Assembly: GCA_963924565.1 (NCBI GenBank)
Contig: OZ004610.1
Coordinates: forward strand, 7,254,001 to 7,318,000
Source of the DNA: Ascidiella aspersa
Lineage: Eukaryota
Direction of reading: 5' to 3'
Length of the DNA: 64,000 nt
Part shown: in pieces, positions 1 to 13,800 of the stretch
Numbering within the stretch: position 1 is the first letter of the stretch
Layout of the letters: the number at the start of each line of letters is the position of its first letter
Program-made: the position numbers and the translations under genes
Notes under the pieces: model-generated
Told to the model about the DNA's origin: nothing
Database searches by the model: none
Seen by the model: only the letters and a program-made list of their open reading frames with translations

Positions 1-1595
1 CTACACCGTACTTGCAAAAAACAGTGATGTAGCCTATGCTATACTTAAAACTAAATATTAAAACTCTAAAATACTACAGATGGGAGCATTCAAAAATTGG
101 GTTTGCGAACCGGTGTTGAAAACAAGTCATTTACATTTAAAAGTTTCCTTAGTCCACATCAAGTCATTTTCATGAAATAAGTCAATTTTACTAAAATGTA
201 GGCCTATATTTAAACTCTAAAGCACCGTAACCTGGGTCAAGTTATTATTATAAATGACTTCGGTCATGTCAAGTAGTTTGTCTAAACAATTTAGGTCAAG
301 TTATTTCAGTTTGTCAAACGTAATGGGTCACGAAAACTTTAAATTTATTTAAAGTGGTGGCAGGCTTGAAAGGTTCAGAAGCCCTGCTAGGTTTTCAAGA
401 TTTCCTAAAGACGGTGTTCTGTGGACAGGTTCGGTTTCGTTATGGGAAGAACACATGTAATTTCCTGCGTTGTCAGTCGTGTTAAGCTCTTTCCAAACGT
501 TTTAACTCAACAACAAGGCTGGTAAGTGCGCTTAGCGAATCGCATCGAAAACAAATTGTTGTGTTCAGCGAGATATGTTGTTCCCGCATCGCTCGAAACC
601 TCCATGTCATCAGATTTCGCCTTCATGTAAAACCGGGTCACGTCGCAAAAGGCAAACATCTCCGACGGTTTCTTATCAGCTTTCCAACTGGTTCTGTTGA
701 ACACGTCTTGTTGATAATTAACCCGCGTAGTCCAGCAACCCGTATATATGGCTCGCAATTTCCCCGCGGAAGTTTGTCTCGTCTCAATTGGAATCCAAAA
801 CCTTTCGAAAGTGAAGATTAAGATAAACAGCTCAAAGGGGTATTGGTTGAAAGTCAAGCTTTAAAAAGCAAATTACAATTTGGTCTAATTAGCGGCTTCA
901 AGATGCGATTTAACATTAAATAAAAGCTAAACTTTCCTACTGAAAAGAAGATATTTTTTAAGTTGCGTACTTTGACTTTATGTAAAACATTTTAACTGAA
1001 TGATTAAAATTGCAAGTGTGTTATATGTATCGATGTTGGATGCTATTTTAATTCTAATAAATTTGGTATTAAATTAATTATTTTAATGAATATACGGTTT
1101 ACGTCTTATAAAGTTTAAATATTGTTAGGAAAAAGGAAGGGCTATGAAAAAGTTAAAAATAAAAAAACGCGTTTTATATCATTGATGAGCTGCAAGTCAC
1201 AATTTTCATTTTTAGTGCAGTTGTAAAAAGGTCAATATTTTGATGTTATTTGTTTTAATTGCATCGACTATTGTGAAAGGCGGGGGTTATGGTTATGTTT
1301 CCAAATTATAAAAACAATTAGTATGTTTTATACAATTGGAATGTTTTTAATTGGTAAAAGGACTGTAAGAAAGCGGAATTTACTATAAGGCAGGTTGCCT
1401 TTTTCTTAAAAGTCATACATTTGGGCTATACAGGGTAAGAATAGCTAACAGCGGGTATACAACGTCATAATAAGTGGCGTTTAAGAAGTATTTTAACCTT
1501 GCAAATATTCGTATACACAGAACCTTACGGTAAACCGATAGGCCTATAACGTCTAACGCACACCCATCCATAACCTTTACGGACAACAACTGAAA

Positions 1596-4500
1596 ATGAT
1601 GTTGACGCTCTGGTGCTTTCTGGCGGTCGCCAGTTGCACGACGGCGACAAGTCACGTGATCAACATGCGACGTAACTTCGCCACCCTGACGTCACCCAAG
1701 TTCCCGCTCTTTTACCCCGACATGCTGGACGACTCGTGGACGATTTACACAGAGCCTGGCTATAGGATTGTGCTTTACTTTACCCACTTTAACTTGGAGG
1801 ACTCGTTTGACAGACTCCCTTGCTCTGCCGACTTTGTCGAGGTGAGCATATGCTGGTCTGTTGAATGTAGGGATGTTCGGTAATATCGGATCGTAGCCGA
1901 TACCCGATGCCAAGTTCAAGTATGGGTACTCGTTTGGTACTAGAGCAGCAGTTCTCCACCAGTGGGCAATGGCCCTCTGGTGGGTCATAAGAACATTTGA
2001 GGTGGACTACAGACCAATTTAAAAAAGCTAGATTTAGTTTCATTTGTGTCACTATATTTCATTTTGCAGGAATAATGGCTTGGGGAAGAATTGAAAAGGA
2101 ATGTAAATTTATTGTTTAACCGCAAGTATCTCACTAATGCACGGTTGAATAAATAATCTGTTTTGAAATATGCTCTGCTGTGTTTTATTTTAAACCTATT
2201 TTACAGTTTTTTCTTTCATAAAAATATATTGGGCCACAGAATTTTTTTGCAACGTAAATGGGCCACGAAAGAAAAAAGGTTGAGAACCACTATACTAGAG
2301 TGTATCGGTGCCGGTCAGTTACCAAACTACAAAACAAAAATTTTAATGACGGCTTGCGATCGAACGTAGTAATTTTTACCTTGAGATGTAAATCTATCAT
2401 AAAATATTCAAAGGTTAACAACTAGAGGAAACAACACGCATAAACGCTAAAGTAGATTTTGTTTAACAACCTGAAAATGATTATCTTTGAACGTTTGCAT
2501 TTCGTTTTTTTATTATAATTATGGCGCCACTTGGTGGATCGGATTGCATTTACCGGATCGGATTAAAATGTCAAGGAACGAAATCCTACTTGAAAGCTTT
2601 TCTTTCTTTTTTTCCCGATCATTGGTAAAGACAAATTGGCAAAATCAGTGTAAGAAGTAACATGCAAATGCAAATCTCCACTAAAACTCGAACTATAATC
2701 TGTAAATTAAATCCTTACCGTATTTGTTAATTGGCCATTTACCAAGGAACACTTTAAGCTTTTCTCACCATTTATTTGGCCTGTTAAAATTTTGCCCTGA
2801 CGTTGTAAATCTTGTGCTTGTTTTAATTACATTTTAGTAAAAAAAATGTCTCCAAAGAAACTTTACTCAACGAGAACCATAGTGACTTCGTTAATGGGTC
2901 ATTTCGTTTAATGACTTGACAAGATTTACAACGTCAGGGCAAATTCGTTTAATGACTTGAAGTCATTAAGACAAATAACTGCTAGGTCTGAAAACTATTT
3001 GTTTACGACGCCTCCTTATATTTTACTGGACATAAAGGGCTTCCTAGTTGTGATTTAGCATAAGGCTATAAATGTTTTTACTGTTTTCCATCACTAGGAC
3101 TAAATGTATTTCGCATTTATTTGACTTGGACATAAATGGCTTGTTTATAATATTTTACTACTGTATAATTGTAATAAAAAACGATAAATTAAATTAAATG
3201 GTTCTAGTGATTTTCGTATAAACATGTCAAGGCCCCAGTTTCCGGTTTTCAAACCCAACCAAGCTGGCAAACAGACGATTCAGTTAACTTATTGAATTAG
3301 TCAGTTCAACTCATCCATTTTAATCTAAAGAGTTCCTATGTTTGGTTGCTACCTGATTATATACTCGCTTGCCTTCTTGTTTTCAGTTGTTCGACGGCCC
3401 GTCAACCACCAACACGTCATTGGGCAGATTTTGCGGCAATAACCAGCTGTTCAAGTCAGTATTAAATTTGTGGAAGCCTATCTGCATCCGGACTTAATTT
3501 TTGTCACATTTGTCCAATTTGAATGGCGTGTTTTGATTCTGCTCTTTTTGTAACCCATTTAATTAGTCTATATGTAACTTTTTAGGGTAGTGCATCCTGT
3601 TTCTGCTTCCTGGCGAGTCAGGCTCCATATTTCCTCGTACATTTACTTAAAAAGAAAAACAATGAAAAACTTTAGCTGATAAATTAGGGTTGTACGATAC
3701 TGGTTATTTTATTCGTATAGAGATACATGGTATTATGGGCAAAATGTAACTGGTTCGATCCAACTGACTAGGTCATTGCTACATGGACAAAAAGGCGATA
3801 TGATCAAATTTAAGCACAATGTCAACAATTTCCAGGGTAGTAGGTCTAAATTTCCATTCATGTTAGCAAGCCTATTTATCATCGATTTTAAATGCCACAA
3901 TTTCATCACAACCACTCAAATATCAGACGATACTATAAGTAAACTTAGAATATCGGCTCCGGTCCAATATTATCGGACATTCCTATCCTAAATAAAGCCG
4001 CCAAGATTGTTACATTACTTTACTCTTACTTTATTTACTTTCTTTTAGTTAGTAAAAAAATAAATAAAAACCGTGATCACGTAGGCGGTTGGCCCAAAGC
4101 GAGGCCTTGCCGTGGCTTGGCTGACCCTTGCGATTACCCCAAATGCGTGTAACTCGGCCGTAAAATAAAAAAATAAAAAAGATTGTTACATTTACGTGAG
4201 TTGATTTTCACTCCAGGGACGACGCCCCGGCGATTTTCGACGAAAAGATCGTTTCGACTGGCAACTCGCTGAGCATAAGATTCAAGTCGGATTATTCCAA
4301 CGAAGACCTCGGCTATGTTCCAACCGGCTTCCGTGCTCACTATCTAAAACAAGGTGTCGAAAGTTACCATAGTGCGGGATTTGTTAACCAGGGGTGCCAA
4401 AGGGGTGTGAGAACTGTTCCCAGGGTGTGCGGTGATGCTGAATCAGACACAGAAAATATATTACTGTGATTTATTTATTTCGCTCAGTTAAATGTAGAAC

Positions 4501-7500
4501 TAACTTACATTACGGTATTGTATTAGTTATATTACTGTGTTATCAATTACTTGTATAAAAATAAAATTACATAAGTTTTCATATTTAAACCATTCTAGAA
4601 GGGGGTGCGAGGATTGATTGGTGATTTGAAAGGGGTACAGCCATGGAAAAAATTAAAAATCACTGCCCTACTGCCCTACTGCCCTAGTGGTTTTAAACGG
4701 ATATAATGCCAGCGCTGAAAATTTAATATTTTCGTTATTTCAAGTAGTCTCATAAGATTATAGCTTATGCTATTTAATTTCACATCTATGCTTTTCAGCA
4801 AGTGCTTATGCCATCTTTTGCCGAAACTTATGCAAATATAAAAATGAATCTTTTATCATATACGCTTTTTATTTTGGGGGGGTTTTAACCGTGTAAATTT
4901 TCAAAAAGCTTTCTTTTTTCTAAAGGCTTTTCCCGTTTTCTTCACCATTTTCAGACATAAATGAGTGCGCTGTTCTGGAAAAGGCCTACGCGTCAGCTTT
5001 GGAACCCGAGAGTGTCGGAAAGTGCGATCAATTTTGCAACAACTATCCTGGGGGCTACTACTGCTCCTGTGGTGTCGGCTATATACTCGGCGATGACGGT
5101 TATACTTGCGAAGGTTATTGGCACACTTTATTTTATAACAAAATGAGGTTTCGGTTAGGAGCACAAATTGATTTTCGATTTTGCTAAAAATAATGTTTTC
5201 CGTTAATCATACCAGAAGTAACTTGAGGCGACCGCTTTGTGTTCTCTCGTAATTTTCAGTGTTTGGGATTAAAGGGGAGAAACAATATAGTTATTTTCGT
5301 ATTTTGTTCATATTCAGTTTAGCCCTAATAATTTAAATCAAAATATTTTTAGTAATTTCAATAAAGATATAGATTAAAAGTTTTGGATTTCATATCCCAT
5401 AATTTTTAATTTTCTGAGAAAATCAAAAAGTTTAATGGAATGGCACAACGCCATCAGTTTTTATTGAACGCAATTTAACAACTATGTACCGTAATGAAAC
5501 CAACACCAGGAAAAAGCCTGCAAATGAAGGACGATCTAGTGAAGGTATCATCACAGAAAACATTTCAAATACTTTGTACGAATGTACATGCTTTCACAGG
5601 AAACTGCCGTGACCAAGTGATTGAAAACCCTGAAGGTGTGAACACGTTGGGAACTCCAGGATTTCCTGGCTTGTACCCGAGATCGACAAATTGCCAGTGG
5701 AAAATACAGGTACTTCTACTATGGACCCCAGCAAATAAGACTAAAATGAGAACAACATCAACCTTTGAATATAACATCGTTTGGAATAAAACTAAAAAGT
5801 GCAGCTATAATAAATAGTCGGAATAACGCCTAAATCAGAATAAGGCCTAAACCCGTCGGAGTAATACCTAAATGGCCTGGATAACCACAGCTAACCCTAA
5901 ACAAGGACAAAGAGTTCTGTGCCAAAATAGCGACACCCCAAAGGAGCCATTTAAACTAGGACGCCCAAACTTTGACGTATACTTGGTTGTTTAACTTTTT
6001 TCAAGGCCTTACTCAAGAGCAAAATGTCTTGGTAACAGATAAATATTTGTAAACGCCCGTGACAGAAGAGGCATCGTTGTTTTCACAACGGCAGAGGACT
6101 GTTTACAAAAATACCTGTTTACGATGTACAACTAAATATGCGTGTCGTTGTGGAATGTTTCAATCGGGGTGGAGCCCTTTTTAGAACGCAGCTACATATT
6201 TCCAGACTTGGACAACTAGATTTATTTTGGCTTTTGAAAATTAGATTAGAATTAAAATTAGACCGTTTTGAGTTTTCTCAAATTAGATTAGAATTAGAAT
6301 TACCAAGTTCCTAAAAAATCAAATTTCAACTAGAATTTGAACTAGAATCACATTTAATTATTTACAATCAATCTTATTTAATCGCAATTTATTCTTATAA
6401 GAACGCGAATGGTAAAAATGTGTGTTCTACAAACAATTCACAAATTAGATTAGAAGTAGAATTAGCCGCATTTTGCTCTAATTCAAAGAATTAGAAAACT
6501 AGAATTATCTATAGTTGTCCAGGTCTGCATATGTCAGTGGTTCTCAGCCTTTTATGGTTTGCGGCACCCCTCAGAAATAATAAATGGATTGCGGCACCCC
6601 TACAAGATTTTTCCGTAGGTAAATCACTAGAATGTCACAATAAACGGAAATAGAGCAACACACATCAACTCTAGACTGCGTAGGAAAGTATAATTTGGAT
6701 TTATTTTCATTTTAATCTTACACAAAAGTTGTAAGAGTTGAGCAAAAATTAAATTCTTAAAAATTATTAACTATCTCTCGGCGCCCTTGGGCATTAAAAA
6801 TAGCACCCCACGGTGCCGGCGCACCCCGGTTGAGAACCACTGACATATGTTTTGGCCTGATATTAACAAAAACATTAAGGATCTGTACAGCAAATCTATA
6901 TGAGGCTTTATTGTTACATAGAAATGTTCTTTACTAACCACTCTGTGTTTGTCTATTTTAATTGTACGAGTCTGAATATGTTTCGTTTTGTGAGTAGCTC
7001 TCTACTTTTCGAAATAAATTTTGGCGCGATGATTTTAAGGAATTTGCAAACGACAAAAAATTCAACTTCTCAAATTTATTCGCAGACAAGGCCTGGTGGC
7101 AACATTGAGCTCAACTTCAATCGCAAGTTCGGAATTGAACAGCACAAGACTGGAATGTGCATCTACGATTGGCTGGAGGTCGGTGTTGTTAGCCACAATG
7201 ACAAACCTGTAGGCTACCAAGGAATTTCCTTAAACACGTACTTTATTGACGTCAGCAATTCTATTTTTTAAATCTTGTGAAGGTGAAGATAGAACTTGTC
7301 TGGTAATCACCAGCGATTTCCACGTCTGTTGAAATTGTTATTACAATAAAATGTGTCGTTTATATTTAGGTGTAGTTTTATTCGTATTGTCGTTTTACGC
7401 GTACATTGTCCATTTACGAACGTATCCAATAATTTATTTTTGTTTAGCTAAGTGCGTTTTCCGTTGTTAAAAGTCTTGTGGGTAGTTTATTAGTGCTTGT

Positions 7501-10500
7501 GGTCATTCATAACGGGGCACTAAAGCTTTATTTTCATGGTACTTAGATACACGTCAGACACAATATCTTGTCGTTATTTCGTTATTTTCTTCTGCGTGGT
7601 AAATGCGTGCTTGGCTGCTTGCCTATTGTGCTAGAGGTGCTGGTCGCACAAGCGGCTTCCTGGAACTTCTGATATATGGCGATTGGTGTAAAAACGTGTG
7701 AAGCCTTGTTAACCACATAACTGCGGCAAATGCCCCCTGGCAATTTAATCTTCGAAAGGTTCGGGACACACCTTAACTGAAAAGATGCTAGTTTGTCTAG
7801 CTGTTGAAATTTTTCCAACTTACAAGCGTCGTAAGAGGTGCTTTTGGTTCGGAGTAGCACAACTTTTTATACTAAACTACTTGAGTTCACCCAGAAAACA
7901 TTTGTCAAAAATTACCAATTTTTTGATACCCCGAACCCATTTAGATACCTATTTTTCATATTTCCATAATCCAAACGTTCAAGCATGTTTTGAAATATTT
8001 CTAGTTAGGTACCGATCCTTTGGAAGTTTTTTTTAGTATAATAGCCACAAAATCAGGGTTACCAACTCATTTACTGAATTACTTTAGAAAATTTACCACA
8101 ATTGTGAAGAAAAACTGAAATTTTAATTTATTAAAGCGACTTGTGCAGAAACTCCTATATTCAGGCTGACCGAGCTCATAGGGAATTCATCAATTACCAA
8201 ACTGTCTAAACTTAAGATGTTTGTCATGCTTAATTCGTTCATCTCATCGTATAACTTGTCCTAAAATAGGAACTGTTTGTGAGTTAAATCGCCATCGAAT
8301 TTCCAACATATCACGCAAACCATTGGTGACGCACACAACCACCTATACGCAACGAAAATACACTTTTTGTCATCTGATGTTTTTCAGATCTACGACAACT
8401 CGGGCAAGATCGGTCGCTTCTGCGGGGATCTCCCGCCCAAAAACGGCTCGTCGTTTCGCTCGAGTACGAATTGGTTCAAGGTCGTTTTTCACTCGGACCA
8501 CGTGGAAGAGGAAAGTGGCTTCCAAATCACTTATCAGGCCCAAGGTAACTGTCCGTGTCCACTGCCGGAATGGTGTTTAAATTTTAATACCAAAACAGCG
8601 TGGGCACGGTTAACATCTAAAGACGTAAACACCTAATTTAAACACCTTTGTGTTTAATTTTAATTTGGATGTTTAAATTATAAACGCTTTAAAAATGTTA
8701 TGCTAAACACCCGATATTTAACGGGTTTAACAACGATTTTGGGAAGATTTCAAACAAAGTTAAAGATTTTAAACATTTTGACAAATAAACACCTGATACA
8801 CGCCAAGGTTTAGACGTGTTTAATTCGATGCATTAAATAAAAAGAATAAAGACCTTTAGGTTGATGTTATCAGTTGTTGTTGAGAGAATAGAGAAGCATT
8901 GTTATGTTAAAGCACTTATCGGTTGTTTTATGCAATTTCGTCGGCGTTTGAACAATTTGAGTATACAACTTGGCTCTAATGGTCGTAACAGATTACATTA
9001 AACAAAATAACTAAAACCATTGTTCCCTAACTTAATATGTCCAAGTCATTTTTCATCTGTCAAAAAGAGAAATGCTATAAACGGTTGTGCTGAAGTTGGT
9101 AAACTGATCAAAATTCGCAATGAGAGGGCGAAAACACTTAAAACAAAAACCCTAAAAATGTTTCAAGTGTTTAAAGGTGAACAAGTTGGACGCTTTTCCA
9201 AGAACATTATAAGAAAAAAAAAAGAAAACAGTTATTTGTATACTTTTCATATTCTCCCCGGATATCTGCAGATCTTTACTACGAATGGCATGGATGTTCT
9301 TACACCTAAGGTTTTCCAACTTTGGTGCAAAATAAATAATAAATTGGAAATACATAAAAAGCATTTTGTTAAATATATGAAAACAGGCACTGGGTTTGTT
9401 TGTAGAAATTGGCAACAAACTCAGCTTTCGCGCACGGAAAACTCGGCAATTAAAATTACGCGCCTTTCTCATAGCCGGTTTATTACCCAATAAACGCGAC
9501 GGTGAGATACGCGCTGACCAAGGACACTAAAAGGCTCGGCTTTTACCCTAACCATATATCACTCATCTCATGCATTATACGTTGCATTGTGTAAAGCGAT
9601 GTGGCAAAGAAACAGGTCGGACCGCTTTTAAAATGCGCTTTAACAACCATAAACGACAACAAACTGTCCAAGTTTGTACGGTATACATGATGTCAATTGA
9701 GACATTTAGGCGTTTGTATAGAAGGGTGTTTATATGTCAGCCGTGATTAAATCTCCTGTACGTTGTGGGAATTTCGTATACAGTTATTCTAGCTTTAGGT
9801 TTTACGCTTGAGGCGCTTAAACGGTTAGCTGATCCGCATTAGCATACGATTTTAAGAAGCATTTTTCTTATCGCACCAACATTTTGAAAGGGTTTTCATG
9901 AACAATTACTTTTGGCACTGGGTTTCAACACTCTCGGATTCGGATGATTATTTGTCTAATAAAATAATTACGTGTGTTAGGTTGAGCTTTCAAAACGATT
10001 TTCTATTTTTTTGTATTTAATCATCGCTGTTCAGCTTATAGATTAGCCAAAAAAGCGTATTTAATGGCTAATATGGGCTGCACTTCGGGTAATTTAGAAA
10101 GCCATTTTTGAACGCGCTTGGAGGAAGTTATTTGGGTTTATTTCTTCTTGAAACCACTAAACAATGGGCAGCAAACGGTAATTCAGTATTTCTCACCTCA
10201 CCACAGCATTATCGCTCGACAGAGTGCACAAATATACAACTGAAATAATTGTTGAAAAAAATCAACGATACAATTGGATGGCCTGTTGATAAAGGACATG
10301 GCCTGGTAAAACATATAAAATTATTTTACATGAACGCCATTCCGGCGACAATTCTTTCACCAGAAGGCCGTTTAATCCCATTCTGCCCAACTTTCGACAC
10401 TGCATAAATCCAATACAATGATAACTATAACTCTTACTACACGAAAACAACAGGCATGTAAATATTAAGTTGTCAAAATTCTAAAGGTACAGTGTCCCAT

Positions 10501-10864
10501 TAAGTCTTGCGTTCTTGCCAACATGCGTATGTGTAACACGAATAGGTTGTTTTGCAAACACAGCAAGTTTTTCCAACGCAGCACACTTGGGAATTTCTCA
10601 AAGCACGCAATTTGCCAAACACAGACCTATAAACACCCCTCGTTCTGTCGTTCAGAAATCCGATGCGCCATCCCGAAGCCTCCAATGCACGGAAGAATGA
10701 CAAGACCCGTTTTGCCACCTGGCCAGCCCCTAGGGGACGTCCCTTTTTCATCCCTGCTACGTTTTGAATGCAACGTCGGCTATCGACTTATCGGCAGCGC
10801 TAAGCTAATCTGTCTGAAGGACGGAAGTCTTAGCGACTACACCCCGGTTTGTGAAGTCTTTTAG
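1596..10864 (+). CDS. MASP/C1r/C1s-family non-proteolytic protein, MAp44-like (signal peptide-CUB1-cbEGF-CUB2-CCP), 392 aa, 8 exons
   Basis: Exons joined in frame with GT-AG introns: 1596-1841, 3387-3454, 4217-4353, 4955-5113, 5600-5709, 7086-7178, 8388-8544, 10656-10864 (1179 nt including TAG). Hydrophobic leader MMLTLWCFLAVASC. CUB1: LTSPKFP..Y, FTHFNLE, CSADFVE, LGRFCG, FKSDYSNE, TGFRAHY. Ca-binding EGF: DINEC...CDQFCNNYPGGYYCSCGVGYIL. CUB2: PGFPGLYPRSTNCQWKI, CIYDWLE, GRFCG, FHSD. One CCP: C..P..P.HG, FECNVGYRLIG, C...G, PVCE, then stop. Confidence 0.9.
1868..2588. mobile_element. Old hAT-type MITE (TAGGGATGTCCGATA family), host of 1946-2292
   Basis: Starts TAGGGATGTTCGGTAATATCGG with ATCGG/CCGAT repeats. 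Related ends at 3685-3985, 16991 and 29910-29977. The right end and TSD (6/8) are tentative. Confidence 0.55.
1946..2292. mobile_element. hAT-type MITE (CAGTGGTTCTCAACC-like ends) nested in an older element
   Basis: Ends CAGCAGTTCTCCACC / GGTTGAGAACCACTA. Perfect TSD TACTAGAG (1938-1945, 2293-2300). Confidence 0.85.
3685..3985. mobile_element. hAT-type MITE (TAGGGATGTCCGATA family)
   Basis: TAGGGTTGTACGATA ... TATCGGACATTCCTA; flanks TGATAAAT/TCCTAAAT (6/8). Confidence 0.6.
4375..4681. mobile_element. Degenerate hAT-type MITE with a triplicated terminus
   Basis: GGGGTG subterminal motifs. The right end AAAAATCACTG is followed by ACTGCCCT repeated three times. Flanks CCATAGTG/CCCTAGTG. Confidence 0.55.
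6203..6527. mobile_element. hAT-type MITE with internal AATTAG repeats
   Basis: TIR CAGAC(T/C)TGGACAACTA; TSD CATATTTC/CATATGTC (7/8). Confidence 0.82.
6535..6842. mobile_element. hAT-type MITE (CAGTGGTTCTCAACC / GCGGCACCC family)
   Basis: TIR CAGTGGTTCTCA(G/A)CC, TSD ACATATGT. Homologous copy at 40891-41191. Confidence 0.88.
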
Positions 10865-13800
10865 CGTCGCCGAAGATGGGCTTATGGGTTCCGTGCGACC
10901 CGAGGACTGCTTTGACTTATTTTGCTTGATTAATTTTACCAAGCACATCTTTTGACATAATTGTCTCGTGAAATCTTTGTTTTGGGATTTGAAACGTATG
11001 GCGTGCAGGTGCCCGCTATACGGCTTATTGGTAAAAAGATTTATCGGATACCTTTTAGTGCGTTCCAGTCGTCATAACCTGTACTTTTTCCACTAATGTC
11101 TTCCAACAAGCAACTTTATTAATGATTTGTTAACACCTACTTAAACTGATGAAATTTATCCGCTTGTTTCTTCATCAAATCCAGTGGTTTTAAAATGAGT
11201 TTCTTTGTCATTTATTTGGGAATAGTTTAAACAACGAAACGAGATGCTTTTCGAAGAACAAAAAAGTTTGATTATCCGTTAATTAGTTTAAATTCTACCT
11301 TTGATTTGAATATTGATAATAATTATGCTTTGTGTGACCGTTCAATTTTAAAATCGTTGATGATACATTCCTTGAAATTTTTATTTTGAAATAGTAAATT
11401 AAAATCCAGGCAACAGTACAGAAATGTTCAAAAAACTAATCTAATTCTAGAGCCTTTTAGGTATACAAAAGCGTTTTTAATTACGCATCGCAATGTACAA
11501 AACGCAAATTAAAATAAAAGCATGTATAATTAACGTTTGTGTTATTGATAGAACGAGACCTTTATATGTTTAGCCAAGGTGCCAATAGTATAGGATACAA
11601 AGGGAGCAGTGCGAAGCGTGGGGATATACATTTAGCCATATAAGTCACTTTGTAATTTATAAGCTTATTTCACACCACGTTTAAAATGAGTCTAAAGTAA
11701 AACTACATTTTTTACATAAGTCTACATGCAGTATTGTAAATAAGGAGAAACGTCGTTGCCTTCCATAAGGATGAAACATCGTTTTGAAGAAATCCTATAC
11801 CCACTTCCCCCATGTTTATCTCTAAAAACATCATTCAGTCAATTATTTGTAAGGATTGTAGGCTTTAAAGTACTTAATGTTGGTGATGACCACAGAACGA
11901 TAAACTTAAAACGACCAAACAAGTTGTAATGCAATACTTTTGTATATTTTTGAAACGATCCAATTATGCAAATGGTCGAACATTCTCGATTTAGATTTAG
12001 TGATTTACCCTCGCATAAATTGGTAGAGCTTTTCAATGAATGGCGCTTAATGGCGCCGTGAACAATTGCCGATAGAGTGCTTTTGATTGCACGTGCCTTG
12101 ATTACAGATTGCAGATAAGAATCGTTACTTGTCAATTCGTTCGCTGCCGCGGGCGTGTTGGAATCCAAGTTCGTCGCCTCATACGATGTGTTGCCTTATG
12201 CAACGGCCGTGATTTTGCGAAAATATTTCGCAATTTCTCTACCAGTAAATCAAAACCGGATTCTCGAGTTTAAACAAAGTCGTAGACTCACCACCACACT
12301 GCACGCGGCCTATAGAAAAATTATGCAGCATTTTGTGTAGGGATGAAAACTGTTTTTCTTATAAAATCATATTGTTACATTTAACTGTACCATTTCTTAG
12401 AACTTTTGCCAATCTAGAATTCCCCAAATTCGGTAGATATTTTGGACTGTATGTTATAAGGGTTTCAACCCGCACAGTATATCGTTTTTTCTAATTTACT
12501 CTACTCTGGATTTCTTACAACATTTATAAACATGGCACAAAAGTAATCCTGATAAATCGTTACAATTCGGAACATTTCAACATTTGAATATAACCATTTT
12601 TTAGTATTTACAAATTCAATTTTGTTAATTTGGATTTATAAACTATATATGGCCACTTAGAATGGCGTTTTGTTTTTACACTCAAATTAGTCGGAATGGC
12701 CAAACAGTTTGTGAAACCCCGGTACGGACTTTTGCTAGTGTTAACTGCTTGCCAGTTATTGGTGCTCTGAAAACACCAGGCAATAGACTCGTTTCGACGC
12801 TAATTGCTGGCAAGGTGTAAAGTTTGAAGAGCGATTTAATGGACAGCAAACGGTGCAGGTCGCCACTCACACCGAAACGCAAAAGGGTTTGGCATCAAAT
12901 ATTCGTCCACTTTAGATGCGACCTTCACACCATCCGGTTACCTGGTAATATTAGGCCCAAACAAAATATATTGGTCTTGTGGTAAAAGTATCATTTACAA
13001 TTATGTTAGAAAATCACCTTGAAAATATGGACATTTTCAACAGTGCATAAAAATTAATACTCGTACGATTTAGTGATAAACCAGTAAGCTTTTTAAATTA
13101 ATTACACTAATGTTAAGTTGTTTAACTTCACTTTTTGTCAAATAATTTAAATTTAAATAAGGCTTTTTAATGTTTTGCTGTAGACGCAAACGCTAGCCAA
13201 GCAGTTCAAAGTGGAAAATACAGACGTTTAAGTCGCATTTGTGCGAAACAATAGGAACGTCCTGTTGTGTAAGAAAAATGTCTCCGCCTTACAGCAACAC
13301 TTATATACACCAGCATAAGGTATACCCCGTGTAATTTTTTTTCTTTGCTTTGATGCTACTTGACCGAAAATCAGGGCGACGAAAGGTCCTACAAACAAGG
13401 CCACCTTCTCTCACTAAATTTGGCCGAGAACTTAACGACACTAAGTACTGCGATTACCTCGAGTGCGCAAAAGGGCAAACGACGTGTCTTCTGCTCTCCG
13501 TATGCCCGCCGGCTACAGCGCTAGCGTGATGCGGTGGGCGGCCGTCAAAAACCGGGTATTCCACTTATTACAGGCTCTCATGGCGGGCAAAGTATAAAGG
13601 CGAGGTGCCAGTCGGCGTTTCTGGATATAAACGCTGGCCACTGTTCGTGGACATAGCTGTAGCTTGGGCAGGTAGACTTGACGTTGCGTTTTGGACGCGG
13701 GCGTGTCCACAGCTTAATGCGACAACGCGTTGAGGGCGACGGGCGCTAACGGAAATGAATCGATAGTGACATGATAGCTGGTTAAGCATTATGTAAAACG

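Noticed and set aside
9020-9493. 157-aa Lys-rich ORF in a MASP-like intron
   Set aside because: AT-rich low-complexity composition with no motif. At most a TE vestige.
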